DNA of 64,000 bases, taken from contig JAGPFA010000003.1 of the NCBI GenBank assembly GCA_018056765.1, forward strand, positions 5,821 through 69,820, read 5' to 3'. The notes beneath the pieces are model-generated. The model did no database searches and had not been told where the DNA came from. It saw only the letters and a list, made by a program, of their open reading frames with translations. Source of the DNA: Syntrophaceae bacterium (GTDB lineage: Bacteria > Desulfobacterota > Syntrophia > Syntrophales > Smithellaceae). The position numbers and the translations under genes are program-made. Position 1 is the stretch's first letter; each line of letters opens with the position of its first letter. Shown here piece after piece: positions 27,833 to 36,990 of this stretch.

Positions 27833-28534
27833 TCAAGGGATCATTCCTTCATCGGCAAAGCTGAAGTAGCGGCCGTCGCCGATGATGATGTGGTCGAGCA
27901 TTCTGATGCCCAAAAGTCGGGCGGCTTCGGCAAGTTCGACGGTTATTCTTTTGTCTTCCGCACTCGGGGTGATATTGGCGCTGGGGTGGTTGTGCACGCA
28001 GATGATCGCGGCGGCGAATTTCTGGAGAGCACTGTGAATGACTTCCCGCACCATGGGCACGGCCTGATTTACCGTACCGTGCGCGGCATCGGCAATATCG
28101 ATGATTTTATTATTTGTGTTGAGATAGATTACTTTGAAGACCTCGGTTTTTAAATCGCGCATCTGCGGCATGATGATATCCACAATATCTTTGGCGCTGG
28201 ATATTTTTTGTCTGGCGTTGCTTGCCTCATCCTCGCGAAAACGTTTGCCGATTTCTAAAGCAGCCATGATTTGAGCGATTTTTGCCGGCCCCAAACCTTT
28301 GAATTCATGCCAGTTGCGCGCATCGGTGTGGCTCATATTACGGAATGTGCCGAACTTATCCAGTATCTCTCTGGCCAGGTCGATGGCGCTGTTTCCCCGG
28401 ACACCGCTGCGCAAGAGAATTGCCAGCAACTCGGAATTGCTCAGGGTGGTCGCTCCTTTTTTGAGCAGTTTTTCCCGGGGACGATCATCCTGCGGCCAGT
28501 TTTTAATCGTGGAATTATTTTTTCTCTCCTTCAT
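27833..28534 (-). CDS. radC: RadC-like JAB/MPN domain protein (UPF0758)
   Basis: DRPREKLLKKGATTLSNSELLAILL (HhH region) and the JAMM motif HNHPSANITPSAEDKRIT. The start is probably ATG at 28534 or 28549 rather than 28612. Confidence 0.85.
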   Translation of the reverse strand: MKERKNNSTIKNWPQDDRPREKLLKKGATTLSNSELLAILLRSGVRGNSAIDLAREILDKFGTFRNMSHTDARNWHEFKGLGPAKIAQIMAALEIGKRFREDEASNARQKISSAKDIVDIIMPQMRDLKTEVFKVIYLNTNNKIIDIADAAHGTVNQAVPMVREVIHSALQKFAAAIICVHNHPSANITPSAEDKRITVELAEAARLLGIRMLDHIIIGDGRYFSFADEGMIP

Positions 28535-28755
28535 GCCGGCACCTTCCATGGTAGCATTTCGCAAAACGCCCATGCTTTTGAACGCTTCTTTTGTTCCGGG
28601 CGGTGACTTCAAATATCTGGTTATTGTGAAAAGACGGGCCGATTATATCGGGCATACCCGGGCGTGTCAACGGGAAAAGGTATAAGGAGGGGAGATTGGG
28701 GTCAGGTCTTGAATTATCAGAATTCTTATATGGCAGGGCCTTGCCCCAATTTCTG

Positions 28756-31743
28756 TTAGATATTTCCTTCCACGATGGCGATTTCTTCGGGAGTTAAATC
28801 GTATAGCTCGTAAACCAGTTTGTCGATCTGGTTGTCGGTGGCGTCGATTTGACGCTGGATTAATGTTTGTTCATGGTCCGTTTTGGCATCGGCTAATTTT
28901 TTTTGTAAGCTGATTATTTTTTGCGCTAAATTTTCAATCAGATTTTTTTTATTTGTGCCTTCGCCTGATGCTATTGGAATCTTTTCTATGTACATCGGTT
29001 TGTATTCAAAGTATCCACCCTGCTTTGTAGAAGCAATAGAATGGACAAAAAAATCTGCCAAACGCGAATTAAGTGTGCCAAAAAGAAATAAATCATTCGT
29101 TGGAATAATTGATGTTTTGTCATTAGAATAGAAATTGTCTATATCAAAAGCATAAGATGCTGATTTAACTATAGTTGGTATTATAATTTTTGGCTTTTCA
29201 AATTCTTCATGATAATCAACCGCATCTTGTATTTCATACCATTGATAATTTCCAGGCTTACGGCCTTTCCATTCAGCTCCTTTCCAATTTTTTGGTTTTG
29301 GCATAAGTTTTTCTTTATACTGAGAGAGATAGCCATAGATAGCGGGATAAGACTTTATATCGATACCCCGTCTCGTGAAAATAAGAAATCTTGTGCTTAT
29401 TGATTCTCGGTAACGTTTTATATCCCGGCCAAGCAAGAAAGGCTTGATAATTTCCGCACTCTTTTTATCTTCAGCAATAAGCCGTTTTCGTGTTTCTGCG
29501 TCAATTACAAAGGCTTCATTCAGGCCGGTTAAAATACCTCGATATATTTTGCCTTTTACATATTCACCAAGCGGGATGCCTGTTTTTTTAAGCTTGTCCA
29601 GTAACTTTTGTGTGCGTTCATCAGAAAGTGACCAGCCGTTATCATCGAGCTTATTACGCTCCAAAATAAATTTTTCTTTTTCCACATATTCATGAAGATC
29701 GGTAAAATTCAGAGATTTTACAGGAATTATACTAACCTTATTGCCTGGATTATTATTGGCGACACGAATGACACAAGGATATGTCGTTGCTTTTTGGAAA
29801 ACGGGTAAATCACCGAAATCGACTATTTCCTCTAAGCCTTGTTCTTTAAGCCATTGACGCAAATTCTTTCCGTAGTTGGCTCTCATCCATTTATTAGCAA
29901 CGATATAGGAAAAGAATCCATTTTGATTAAGGAATGTTATTCCTCTTTCAATAAAGTATGCATAAATATCTGCTACGCCATCATATACCTTATAATATTG
30001 CTGAAAATATTCCTTAAAATCGCCAATCATTTCTTGTCGTATATACGGCGGATTGCCGATGACGGCGTCGAAGCCGCCGTCCTTGAATATTTCCGGAAAT
30101 TCCCTATCCCAATCAAAGGCGTTGACGCGCTGCATTTCTTCCGTGTCCAGAAAGCTGGTCTGTTTGCCTTCATAAAAATCCGGTCCGATGAGCGAATTGC
30201 CGCATTTGATGTTGTTACCTAAATCGGGCAGGGCGCGCTCGTTGAATAATCTGAAAGCTGATTTGATGGTCTCGTCGCTTTCTCCTTCCAAAACTTTTAG
30301 CAGCAGCGAGAGCTTGGTTACTTCCACCGCCTGCGGGTCGATATCCACACCGTAGATGTTGTTTAACAAAATGCGCTTGCGCTCCGCCGTGGTCAGCCGC
30401 CATTCATTGCGGATTCTCTGGTAAAGCTTCGGGTCTTTGCCTTTGGCGTGTTTTTCCGCATCGTCTTCAATATACCTGTCTCTGTGCCAATCCAGCAGAT
30501 ATTGATATGCGCCGATAAGGAAAGAGCCAGAACCGCAGGCCGGGTCGAGGATGCACAGTTTTTTCGCCGCTTTGGGGGTTTTGCCCTCCAGGAGTTTGCC
30601 CACGGTGTTTTTGACGATGTAATCGACAATATATGTAGGTGTATAATAAACGCCGCCCGCTTTGCGCACTTCCGGTTTTTCTTCCACTCTGGCGCGATGC
30701 CCCGGCGTGAGATGAATCACTTTGCCGAGAAACTGTTCATAAACCTGTCCGAGAATATCGGCGGGCAAAACGCTAAATTCATACGGGCTTTCGGGATAAT
30801 AAAGGCTTTTGAAAATATCTTTTAAGATTTTATCATCAACGGAAAGAGTTAAAGTCAAATCATCGGGCGGCTCAAAGCGATCTTTTTCCCGTTTGAAATG
30901 AAACAGGCCGGAGTTGTATTTATCATCGGCGTCATAAAAATATTTTGTCAGGCGCTGATAAACGTCCGAGCCGTTTTGCAGCGCCATAAGCCGGCCATAG
31001 GGTTCGATGCCCCGGTCTTCGCAAATGCGCAGAAAAATAATGCGGTCAATCGTTTTGGTTACGGCATAGTTGAGTTCCCGCTGGGTGAGACTGAGATTGC
31101 GCAGGGCGATATTTTGCGCGAGCGCCTGCCGCCAGGAATCGATTTCAGATAGAAAAGCAGCGTCAACGCCTGCGGTGCCTCTTTTTGTTTTGGTCGTTTC
31201 CGCGTATTTATCGAAAGAGCCTTTCATCAGAGCATCTTTGGAAAAAATAGAATCTATCTCTTCCCAGCTGGTCAGATAATCTTTATAGTTCAGATACATG
31301 ATGCGCGCGGTGGATGCTTTATCGGCTTTGTCCGGTTTAACGCGGCAGTCATAAACGGCGAATTCCTCAAAATCTGTAAGGATGGAAAGGGGCAGTTTTG
31401 CCGACCAGGCATAGCGCCTGAGCTGATAGGCGGGGCCGATATCCCCGGCAATGTTGACGGAAGGTTTTTTCGCTTCCACAAAAAACTTGCGCGTGCCGCC
31501 GATGCGGAAGCTATAATCCGGAGCCTTGTTGGCAGAACCGATTTTTATCGCGTCTTCGTGAATGACATCTTTGTAGGCTTCGGCGTAACCGGATGTGTTT
31601 TCTACATCCCAGCCCAGCGCTTTGAAAAAGGGATCGATAAATTCCCGCCGGAGTTGCGTTTCGTTATATTTGCCGGATTGATAGGCTTGAAGATTTTGAT
31701 CAAAGCGTTCAACAAGAGCAATGATTTCCTGCGGAGCTTTCAT
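28756..31743 (-). CDS. Type IIG restriction-modification enzyme (PD-ExK nuclease, gamma N6-adenine methyltransferase and TaqI-like specificity domain in one polypeptide)
   Basis: N-terminal APDYSF...FFVEAKKP (D-X13-EAK nuclease motif). Methyltransferase motif I ILDPACGSGSFLIGAY and motif IV GNPPYI. C-terminal TaqI_C-like region (YRGILTGLNEAFVI). ATG at 31743 after GAGGGGAGAA. Visibly more AT-rich than its flanks. Confidence 0.85.
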   Translation of the reverse strand: MKAPQEIIALVERFDQNLQAYQSGKYNETQLRREFIDPFFKALGWDVENTSGYAEAYKDVIHEDAIKIGSANKAPDYSFRIGGTRKFFVEAKKPSVNIAGDIGPAYQLRRYAWSAKLPLSILTDFEEFAVYDCRVKPDKADKASTARIMYLNYKDYLTSWEEIDSIFSKDALMKGSFDKYAETTKTKRGTAGVDAAFLSEIDSWRQALAQNIALRNLSLTQRELNYAVTKTIDRIIFLRICEDRGIEPYGRLMALQNGSDVYQRLTKYFYDADDKYNSGLFHFKREKDRFEPPDDLTLTLSVDDKILKDIFKSLYYPESPYEFSVLPADILGQVYEQFLGKVIHLTPGHRARVEEKPEVRKAGGVYYTPTYIVDYIVKNTVGKLLEGKTPKAAKKLCILDPACGSGSFLIGAYQYLLDWHRDRYIEDDAEKHAKGKDPKLYQRIRNEWRLTTAERKRILLNNIYGVDIDPQAVEVTKLSLLLKVLEGESDETIKSAFRLFNERALPDLGNNIKCGNSLIGPDFYEGKQTSFLDTEEMQRVNAFDWDREFPEIFKDGGFDAVIGNPPYIRQEMIGDFKEYFQQYYKVYDGVADIYAYFIERGITFLNQNGFFSYIVANKWMRANYGKNLRQWLKEQGLEEIVDFGDLPVFQKATTYPCVIRVANNNPGNKVSIIPVKSLNFTDLHEYVEKEKFILERNKLDDNGWSLSDERTQKLLDKLKKTGIPLGEYVKGKIYRGILTGLNEAFVIDAETRKRLIAEDKKSAEIIKPFLLGRDIKRYRESISTRFLIFTRRGIDIKSYPAIYGYLSQYKEKLMPKPKNWKGAEWKGRKPGNYQWYEIQDAVDYHEEFEKPKIIIPTIVKSASYAFDIDNFYSNDKTSIIPTNDLFLFGTLNSRLADFFVHSIASTKQGGYFEYKPMYIEKIPIASGEGTNKKNLIENLAQKIISLQKKLADAKTDHEQTLIQRQIDATDNQIDKLVYELYDLTPEEIAIVEGNI

Positions 31744-31753
31744 TTCTCCCCTC

Positions 31754-32506
31754 TCAGCGGCGGCTGTTTTGTTTTTCCAGGATGCGCCGTATTTTTTCCA
31801 CATCTTCGGGCGTGTTCACGTTCGGCCCCTGTGAGGGGTACTGCGTGACGATGACCGCCATCGTGTAGCCGTGTTCGAGTATGCGCAACTGCTCGAGCGA
31901 TTCAGTTTCCATAAGCGGTGTGGGCGGCAGCTCGACCATTTTGAGAAGAAAATCTTTTGTAAAGGCGTAAACGCCCACGTGCTCGTAAACCGTACATCCC
32001 GTATCCACACGCGGGTAGGGGATGAGCGAGCGGCTGAAATAAAGAGCCCGCCCGTTTTGAGCCCTGACCACCTTGACCACACCGGGATTGTAGAGAGCCT
32101 CCGGGTCTGAAATCGGGACCGAGACGGTCGCGCTGTCGGCTGTTTTATCCGCGATAAATCCATCGGCCAGCTCGCGGAGCATCCGTGGGTCAAGCATCGG
32201 CTCATCTCCCTGGATGTTCACCACATAATCCGCATCGACGCCGCGCGCCACTTCGGCGACCCGGCTGGAGCCGTCCGGATGATCGGCACGCGTCATGACG
32301 ACATCCGCGCCGAATTTCTGCGCCGCGTCATAAATCCTGTGGTCATCCGTGGCGATAATCACACGGGAAAAAATCTCCGCGGCGACGGCACGCTCATAGA
32401 CTCGCTCAAGCATTGTTTTTCCGCACAGGTCAATAAGCGGCTTTCCGGGCAAACGCGACGACGCGTAGCGCGAGGGTATAACCCCCAGAATCCTAGGCAT
32501 GGCCAT
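31754..32506 (-). CDS. kdsB: 3-deoxy-manno-octulosonate cytidylyltransferase (CMP-KDO synthetase)
   Basis: GVIPSRYASSRLPGKPL, NIQGDEPML, and typical length (~248 aa). Confidence 0.9.
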   Translation of the reverse strand: MAMPRILGVIPSRYASSRLPGKPLIDLCGKTMLERVYERAVAAEIFSRVIIATDDHRIYDAAQKFGADVVMTRADHPDGSSRVAEVARGVDADYVVNIQGDEPMLDPRMLRELADGFIADKTADSATVSVPISDPEALYNPGVVKVVRAQNGRALYFSRSLIPYPRVDTGCTVYEHVGVYAFTKDFLLKMVELPPTPLMETESLEQLRILEHGYTMAVIVTQYPSQGPNVNTPEDVEKIRRILEKQNSRR

Positions 32507-33713
32507 TTTTTTCTTCCCACCTTTTCAGACCGGCGAGCATTTTTTCCCGATCAAAGTAATTTATGTGCTCAACAATCCATTGTCTCATTTCCTTCCCTTC
32601 CTGTGTCTCCTGCTTGTAGCTCATGAATTCCAGATCTATGCCCAGGGCATCCGCTATTTTCAGGGCGAAGACCGGCCAGATCATCCCGATATCACCGATG
32701 ACCGGAATGCTCCCTTCATGGCGCGCGAAGGCCGACATCTCCATGCGAAACGGAATTTTGGACAGCTTGGTTTTGGGAAGACCTTCGTTTATCGCCTTCT
32801 GGATCATCGCACTGTCTTTTTGCAGATCCTGTGCAAGGCGGATGTTTTCATCCAGATCAAAGCGGATCAGTGTCTTGCCCTCGAGACTGAAGACCGGCTC
32901 TCCGCGCCACCAGGACCAGATGCCGTGTCCGGTATAGGTCTCAAAAGGGCCGTCATGAATTTCCTGGGTCAGGGCAACCGCCGACTCGATAATCACATCC
33001 GCCCGGGCCATCATGTCGGCGATCAGGCGTGAACGGCGTGCCACAGGGATACTGTCGGCCACAGCCAAACCGACATGGCCGCCGCCGATTAACTGAGGAA
33101 CGGTGACCAGTACGGGAAGATCTTTTTGCGCCCCCTTGCCCAGCATGGTTCTGGTGTCGCATCCCCAGCCGGCGACCGCTTCAAAAGGAAGCTTTATTCT
33201 CCGGCAGATGCCGAGAATCTCATCGGCCAGCATCTCGGTGCGCAGTCCCATGGGATAGGCCATATTGGCCGCCGCCTTGATGACCATACGCCCTTCGGTG
33301 CGGGCGCCCTTTCTGAGCAGCTCCTCGTCGAGCGTCATTTCCCTGCGCAGGCCGTCGAGCTGCCTGTCGGTCATCTCGGTGAATTCAAAAATATTCCCGC
33401 GTGGCATTTTTTTCTCATCGAAGCCAAAGACAGACGCGTCACACATTTTCACCCTGTCCAGCACGCCGCCCATTTCATGAATAATTACTGCGGAACTTGT
33501 CGTGACACTGTCCACAATGCCTTTGTCCATCATCTCGGCAATCAGCGTGGTCACGCCTTCGTGAAGATTGGGGCCGCTTCCGGTCACCACCGCCACCTTG
33601 CCCCCTTTTTGCTTCACGCTCACCACACGGGATACTGCCTCCAGAAGTGAGGCACGGGACCGCTCGTCGAGCCCTTCATAAAATTCATCGATCAATTTTC
33701 GGTTGATGGCCAT
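32493..33713 (-). CDS. Conserved hypothetical protein (possibly deoxyhypusine-synthase-like fold)
   Basis: Long clean ORF in the same-strand gene string. VAVVTGSGPNLHEGVTTLIAEMMDKGIVDSVTTSSAVIIHE faintly resembles the DHS-family nucleotide-binding segment. Start ATG at 33713 or 33782. The function call is weak. Confidence 0.35.
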   Translation of the reverse strand: MAINRKLIDEFYEGLDERSRASLLEAVSRVVSVKQKGGKVAVVTGSGPNLHEGVTTLIAEMMDKGIVDSVTTSSAVIIHEMGGVLDRVKMCDASVFGFDEKKMPRGNIFEFTEMTDRQLDGLRREMTLDEELLRKGARTEGRMVIKAAANMAYPMGLRTEMLADEILGICRRIKLPFEAVAGWGCDTRTMLGKGAQKDLPVLVTVPQLIGGGHVGLAVADSIPVARRSRLIADMMARADVIIESAVALTQEIHDGPFETYTGHGIWSWWRGEPVFSLEGKTLIRFDLDENIRLAQDLQKDSAMIQKAINEGLPKTKLSKIPFRMEMSAFARHEGSIPVIGDIGMIWPVFALKIADALGIDLEFMSYKQETQEGKEMRQWIVEHINYFDREKMLAGLKRWEEKNGHA

Positions 33714-33791
33714 AAAATTGACACCTTTATTGTCCGTATATCCTCGGACGCCGAAAAAATACTGCCGCCGCACGGCGCTCATCTGCAGGCG

Positions 33792-35042
33792 CTAGAAAAC
33801 AAGCTTGCTGATTATTTTGGTCAGCGACCGGGCCGCCTCGAAATCACTGCGCATCCCCAGTACCTTTTTACAATCGGCCAGGGCTCTGGTGTAGAGCTTC
33901 ATTTCGTACAAAGTTTGCGCCCGCCCCCAAAAACCGTCGAACTGTGACGGGTCGAGTTCTACGGAGCGATCATAGTCCGTAAGCGACCGGTCAAAGCGTT
34001 TTAAAACGCGGAACGTGAGGGCGCGATTGTTGTGACTGCGCACATTATGAGGGTCGCATTTGATGGATTTGGAAAAATCGCGCAAGGCGCGTGCGTGATC
34101 CGAGAGAGCGAAATAGGCCATGCCCCGGTGGTTGTAAACCAGTGAGCGGATTGGCGTGGCCATTTTCAGGCGCAATATCGACGAATAAATTTCCACGGCT
34201 GTGCTTAGCTGACCGCTGCTGTGCGCAGTGAGCGCAGCCAGCAGGGCTTTTTCCAGATTTTTTCCGGCGATGGCCTCTGCTGCTTCGTCGGGGCTCACCG
34301 GCGGATGCGCCGAATCTTCGGGACACTTGAGCACTTCGCTGATTTCCGGCAGTTCCGTGAATTTATTATCCAGGCTTTCCCGGCGTTTTTTGTCGCGACG
34401 CCTGATATCTTTCTGGTGGTCGCGCAGCTCCTGGAAAATCAGATCCGACAAGGTCAGTGTCGCATTGAGCGAGGCCAGCTTTCTCCGGATGGACTCATTG
34501 GGCATGTTTATGTCCGATTTGTAAACCAGTTCATGCTCCACCTCCGCCCAGGCATCCTGCAAAATGGTGCGCAGCTGAATCTCACACATATCCGATGTGT
34601 GCGGCAGACCGCGACCGTGACATACGGGATCCGCCTTAATCAGAAGATGAATCGATTCGTAGCCGAACTCGCCTATTGCCTGCCGGGCGCCTTTCCTGTC
34701 GAGCTCAAGGACCTTGAAGCTGCTTCTGATGAGGTTTTCCACCATTTTGATGTCTTCCAGGAAAGGGCAGACAACTCTCAGTCCCAGCATGTCCGTAATC
34801 GCCGATTTCTCTCCCGGACGCTCGTGACGCGATATTTTTATAAGCTTGTCAAAATATGCATCAAAGTGCTTCACACGGCTCTTGATGGCAAAAAAGCTGC
34901 GGTTGGCATCCAGCAACTGCCGAACCTGTCTGCGCAGCGACTGTAAAATGCCGTCATAGGCGGGATACAGCTCGTCATAAATCTCTTTGAGCCTGGTCCG
35001 GTCATAGTTTTCCGGGAAACTGGAATTCGGGCGGGTGCTCAT
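33792..35042 (-). CDS. RelA/SpoT-type (p)ppGpp-synthetase-domain protein fused to C-terminal TPR repeats
   Basis: Synthetase motifs: SRVKHFDAYFDKL, DMLGLRVVC, GYESIHLLIK, CEIQLRTILQDAWAEVEHELVYK. No HD hydrolase domain. The C-terminal ~150 aa have TPR-like repeats (YNHRGMAYFALSDHARALRDFSKSIKCDPHN...). Confidence 0.8.
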   Translation of the reverse strand: MSTRPNSSFPENYDRTRLKEIYDELYPAYDGILQSLRRQVRQLLDANRSFFAIKSRVKHFDAYFDKLIKISRHERPGEKSAITDMLGLRVVCPFLEDIKMVENLIRSSFKVLELDRKGARQAIGEFGYESIHLLIKADPVCHGRGLPHTSDMCEIQLRTILQDAWAEVEHELVYKSDINMPNESIRRKLASLNATLTLSDLIFQELRDHQKDIRRRDKKRRESLDNKFTELPEISEVLKCPEDSAHPPVSPDEAAEAIAGKNLEKALLAALTAHSSGQLSTAVEIYSSILRLKMATPIRSLVYNHRGMAYFALSDHARALRDFSKSIKCDPHNVRSHNNRALTFRVLKRFDRSLTDYDRSVELDPSQFDGFWGRAQTLYEMKLYTRALADCKKVLGMRSDFEAARSLTKIISKLVF

Positions 35043-35662
35043 TTGGAACCTCCCTGAAAACCCGTCTGCGCCAGATGTGAGCAGTCGTTGATCAGCTCGA
35101 CGCTTGTTTGTCCGTCGTGGATGCGGATGATAGTTTTCGAGGCATTATCTACGCAAACACTGCGAAACTCGTTGAGGCTGATATTGCTCAGGCGACACAA
35201 AATGGCGGCAATGGTAAAGTTGTGGGCGACCACCAGCGCGTCTTCGCCTGCCGCGATTATCTTTTCGATCGTCCTGCAGGCGCGGTTTTGCACATCCGCC
35301 AGCGACTCCCCCCGCGGCATGCTGACCGAAGCGGGCTGGGCAACCCAGCGCCGGAGAAATTCTTTTTCGCGGGCCAGCAGCTCTTTAAAAGAAACACCTT
35401 CAAAGTCACCCTGGTCCATCTCCATCAGATCGGAGTGGACTTCGATCATCTTGCCGTGAAAACTATTGATGATTTCAGCGGTCCGATAGGCCCTTTTCAG
35501 CGGACTGGTATGGACTGCACCGATGGCCGCACCCTGAAGGGAAAAGGCCAGCCGGCGGGCCTGCTCGATCCCGGTGTCGTTTAGTTCGACATCGCTGGCG
35601 CCCTGAACCCGCCCTTCTTTATTCCAGAGCGTCTCGCCGTGACGTATAAGAATAAGCTGCAT
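35039..35662 (-). CDS. Histidine phosphatase family protein (PGAM/CobC-like)
   Basis: N-terminal LILIRHGETLWN catalytic RHG motif, and a downstream VVAHN histidine. Its stop overlaps the next start (ATGA at 35039-35042). Confidence 0.85.
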   Translation of the reverse strand: MQLILIRHGETLWNKEGRVQGASDVELNDTGIEQARRLAFSLQGAAIGAVHTSPLKRAYRTAEIINSFHGKMIEVHSDLMEMDQGDFEGVSFKELLAREKEFLRRWVAQPASVSMPRGESLADVQNRACRTIEKIIAAGEDALVVAHNFTIAAILCRLSNISLNEFRSVCVDNASKTIIRIHDGQTSVELINDCSHLAQTGFQGGSK

Positions 35663-35714
35663 ATTTTCACCCAGGCGGCCGGGCCTGAAAACCCCGCCGG
35701 CCGGAAGGCATCAA

Positions 35715-36764
35715 TCATGCCTTGTAGCTGTTTAATTTTTCCATTGCGGCCAGCGCCTCGCTGATGACCCGGTCAATGAGATCTTTGGTGGTGGGGATAT
35801 CATTTATACCGCCGCAGCACTGCCCGGCAAAAAGAATTCCTCCGTCCACGTCCCCTTCATTGAGAGCCTTGAGGTGCTTCATGTTACCGACTGCCTGGCG
35901 CGCCAGCACCATCAGTGGATGGCCTTCTTCGGCGCGCAGCATTTCTATGCTGACTCCCACAAATTTGGCGAAAGACAAATTCATCAGCCTTTTCACCAGC
36001 ATTGCGCCCTTAATGGACTCGACCAGCGGGAAGCCACGCTTCATCATCCTTTGTGCTTCTTTGGTTTTCAGGACGCGCCCGTCCATGCCGTCAAAGACAT
36101 TGTCATAAAGAGTATCCTGTTCGGTGGCTTCAAGGCAGAGTTTTTTGAAGTTGTCGTGTACCATGCTCTCTTTAACCACCATAAAGCGGCTGCCCATGGA
36201 AATACCGTCCGCCCCCAGCGCCAGCGCCGCCGCCAAACCGCGGCCGTCGTAAAATCCTCCCGCGGCGATGAGCGGCACATCGACCATGGACGCGACAATA
36301 GGAATCAGCACCATCGAAGTCGCCGCCGCACCGTGCGCGGCCGCCTCATGCCCGGTAATGACCAGAGCATCGCAGCCCAGTTCAACGGCTCTGGCCGCGT
36401 GCCGGGCAATGGCGATGGTGCCGACCACTTTGCCCCCATAGGCATGCACGTCCTTCACAAACCAGGGCTTCCCCAGCGAGTAGTTGATGATGGGGACTTT
36501 TTCCTCGATTGCCACGGCGATATTTTCCTTTGCGCCGGGACCTACCAGAATCTGGTTCACACCGAATGGCTGATCAGTCATGTCCCGGATCTGTCTGATG
36601 TTTTCCCTTGTCTCTTTCGGGTTGCATCGCGCAATGGCCAAAAGTCCCAGACCGCCTGCGTTTGAGACGGCGGATACAAGCCGTGGCTCCGTAATCCAGT
36701 TCATGCCGGCGAGCATGATGGGGTGTTTGATGCCGAACATCCTGGTCATTTTCGTTTTAAGCAT
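35715..36764 (-). CDS. Nitronate monooxygenase / FabK-like FMN TIM-barrel oxidoreductase
   Basis: ATG at 36764 after GGAGG. FGIKHPIMLAGMNWITEPRLVSAVSNAGGLG, and GHEAAAHG and AAGGFYDGRGLAAALALGADG motifs typical of the NMO/enoyl-ACP reductase II family. Confidence 0.85.
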   Translation of the reverse strand: MLKTKMTRMFGIKHPIMLAGMNWITEPRLVSAVSNAGGLGLLAIARCNPKETRENIRQIRDMTDQPFGVNQILVGPGAKENIAVAIEEKVPIINYSLGKPWFVKDVHAYGGKVVGTIAIARHAARAVELGCDALVITGHEAAAHGAAATSMVLIPIVASMVDVPLIAAGGFYDGRGLAAALALGADGISMGSRFMVVKESMVHDNFKKLCLEATEQDTLYDNVFDGMDGRVLKTKEAQRMMKRGFPLVESIKGAMLVKRLMNLSFAKFVGVSIEMLRAEEGHPLMVLARQAVGNMKHLKALNEGDVDGGILFAGQCCGGINDIPTTKDLIDRVISEALAAMEKLNSYKA

Positions 36765-36990
36765 GCCATCCTCCCTGAATATATCTTTATGACGGGCAAA
36801 CCGCTTCGGTACCTGGTGAAGCAAAATGGCCGGACAGGGTGTGTCGCAGCGCTGTCCTGAATTTTTCGTCACAAAGCATAGAAAATGAACTTACCATTGT
36901 CAAAACAAATTTGTGTTTCGATAAAAAAGGGGCGGTCACGCCCTGTAAAAGACGCAACCACCCCTCTGATAAACTGCAAAAAAACAGGGC

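Noticed and set aside
28756-31743. Interpretation of the large methyltransferase as BREX PglX.
   Set aside because: No other BREX genes (pglZ, brxA/B/C/L) are in the window, and the N-terminus carries a PD-ExK (D...EAK) nuclease motif typical of Type IIG enzymes.
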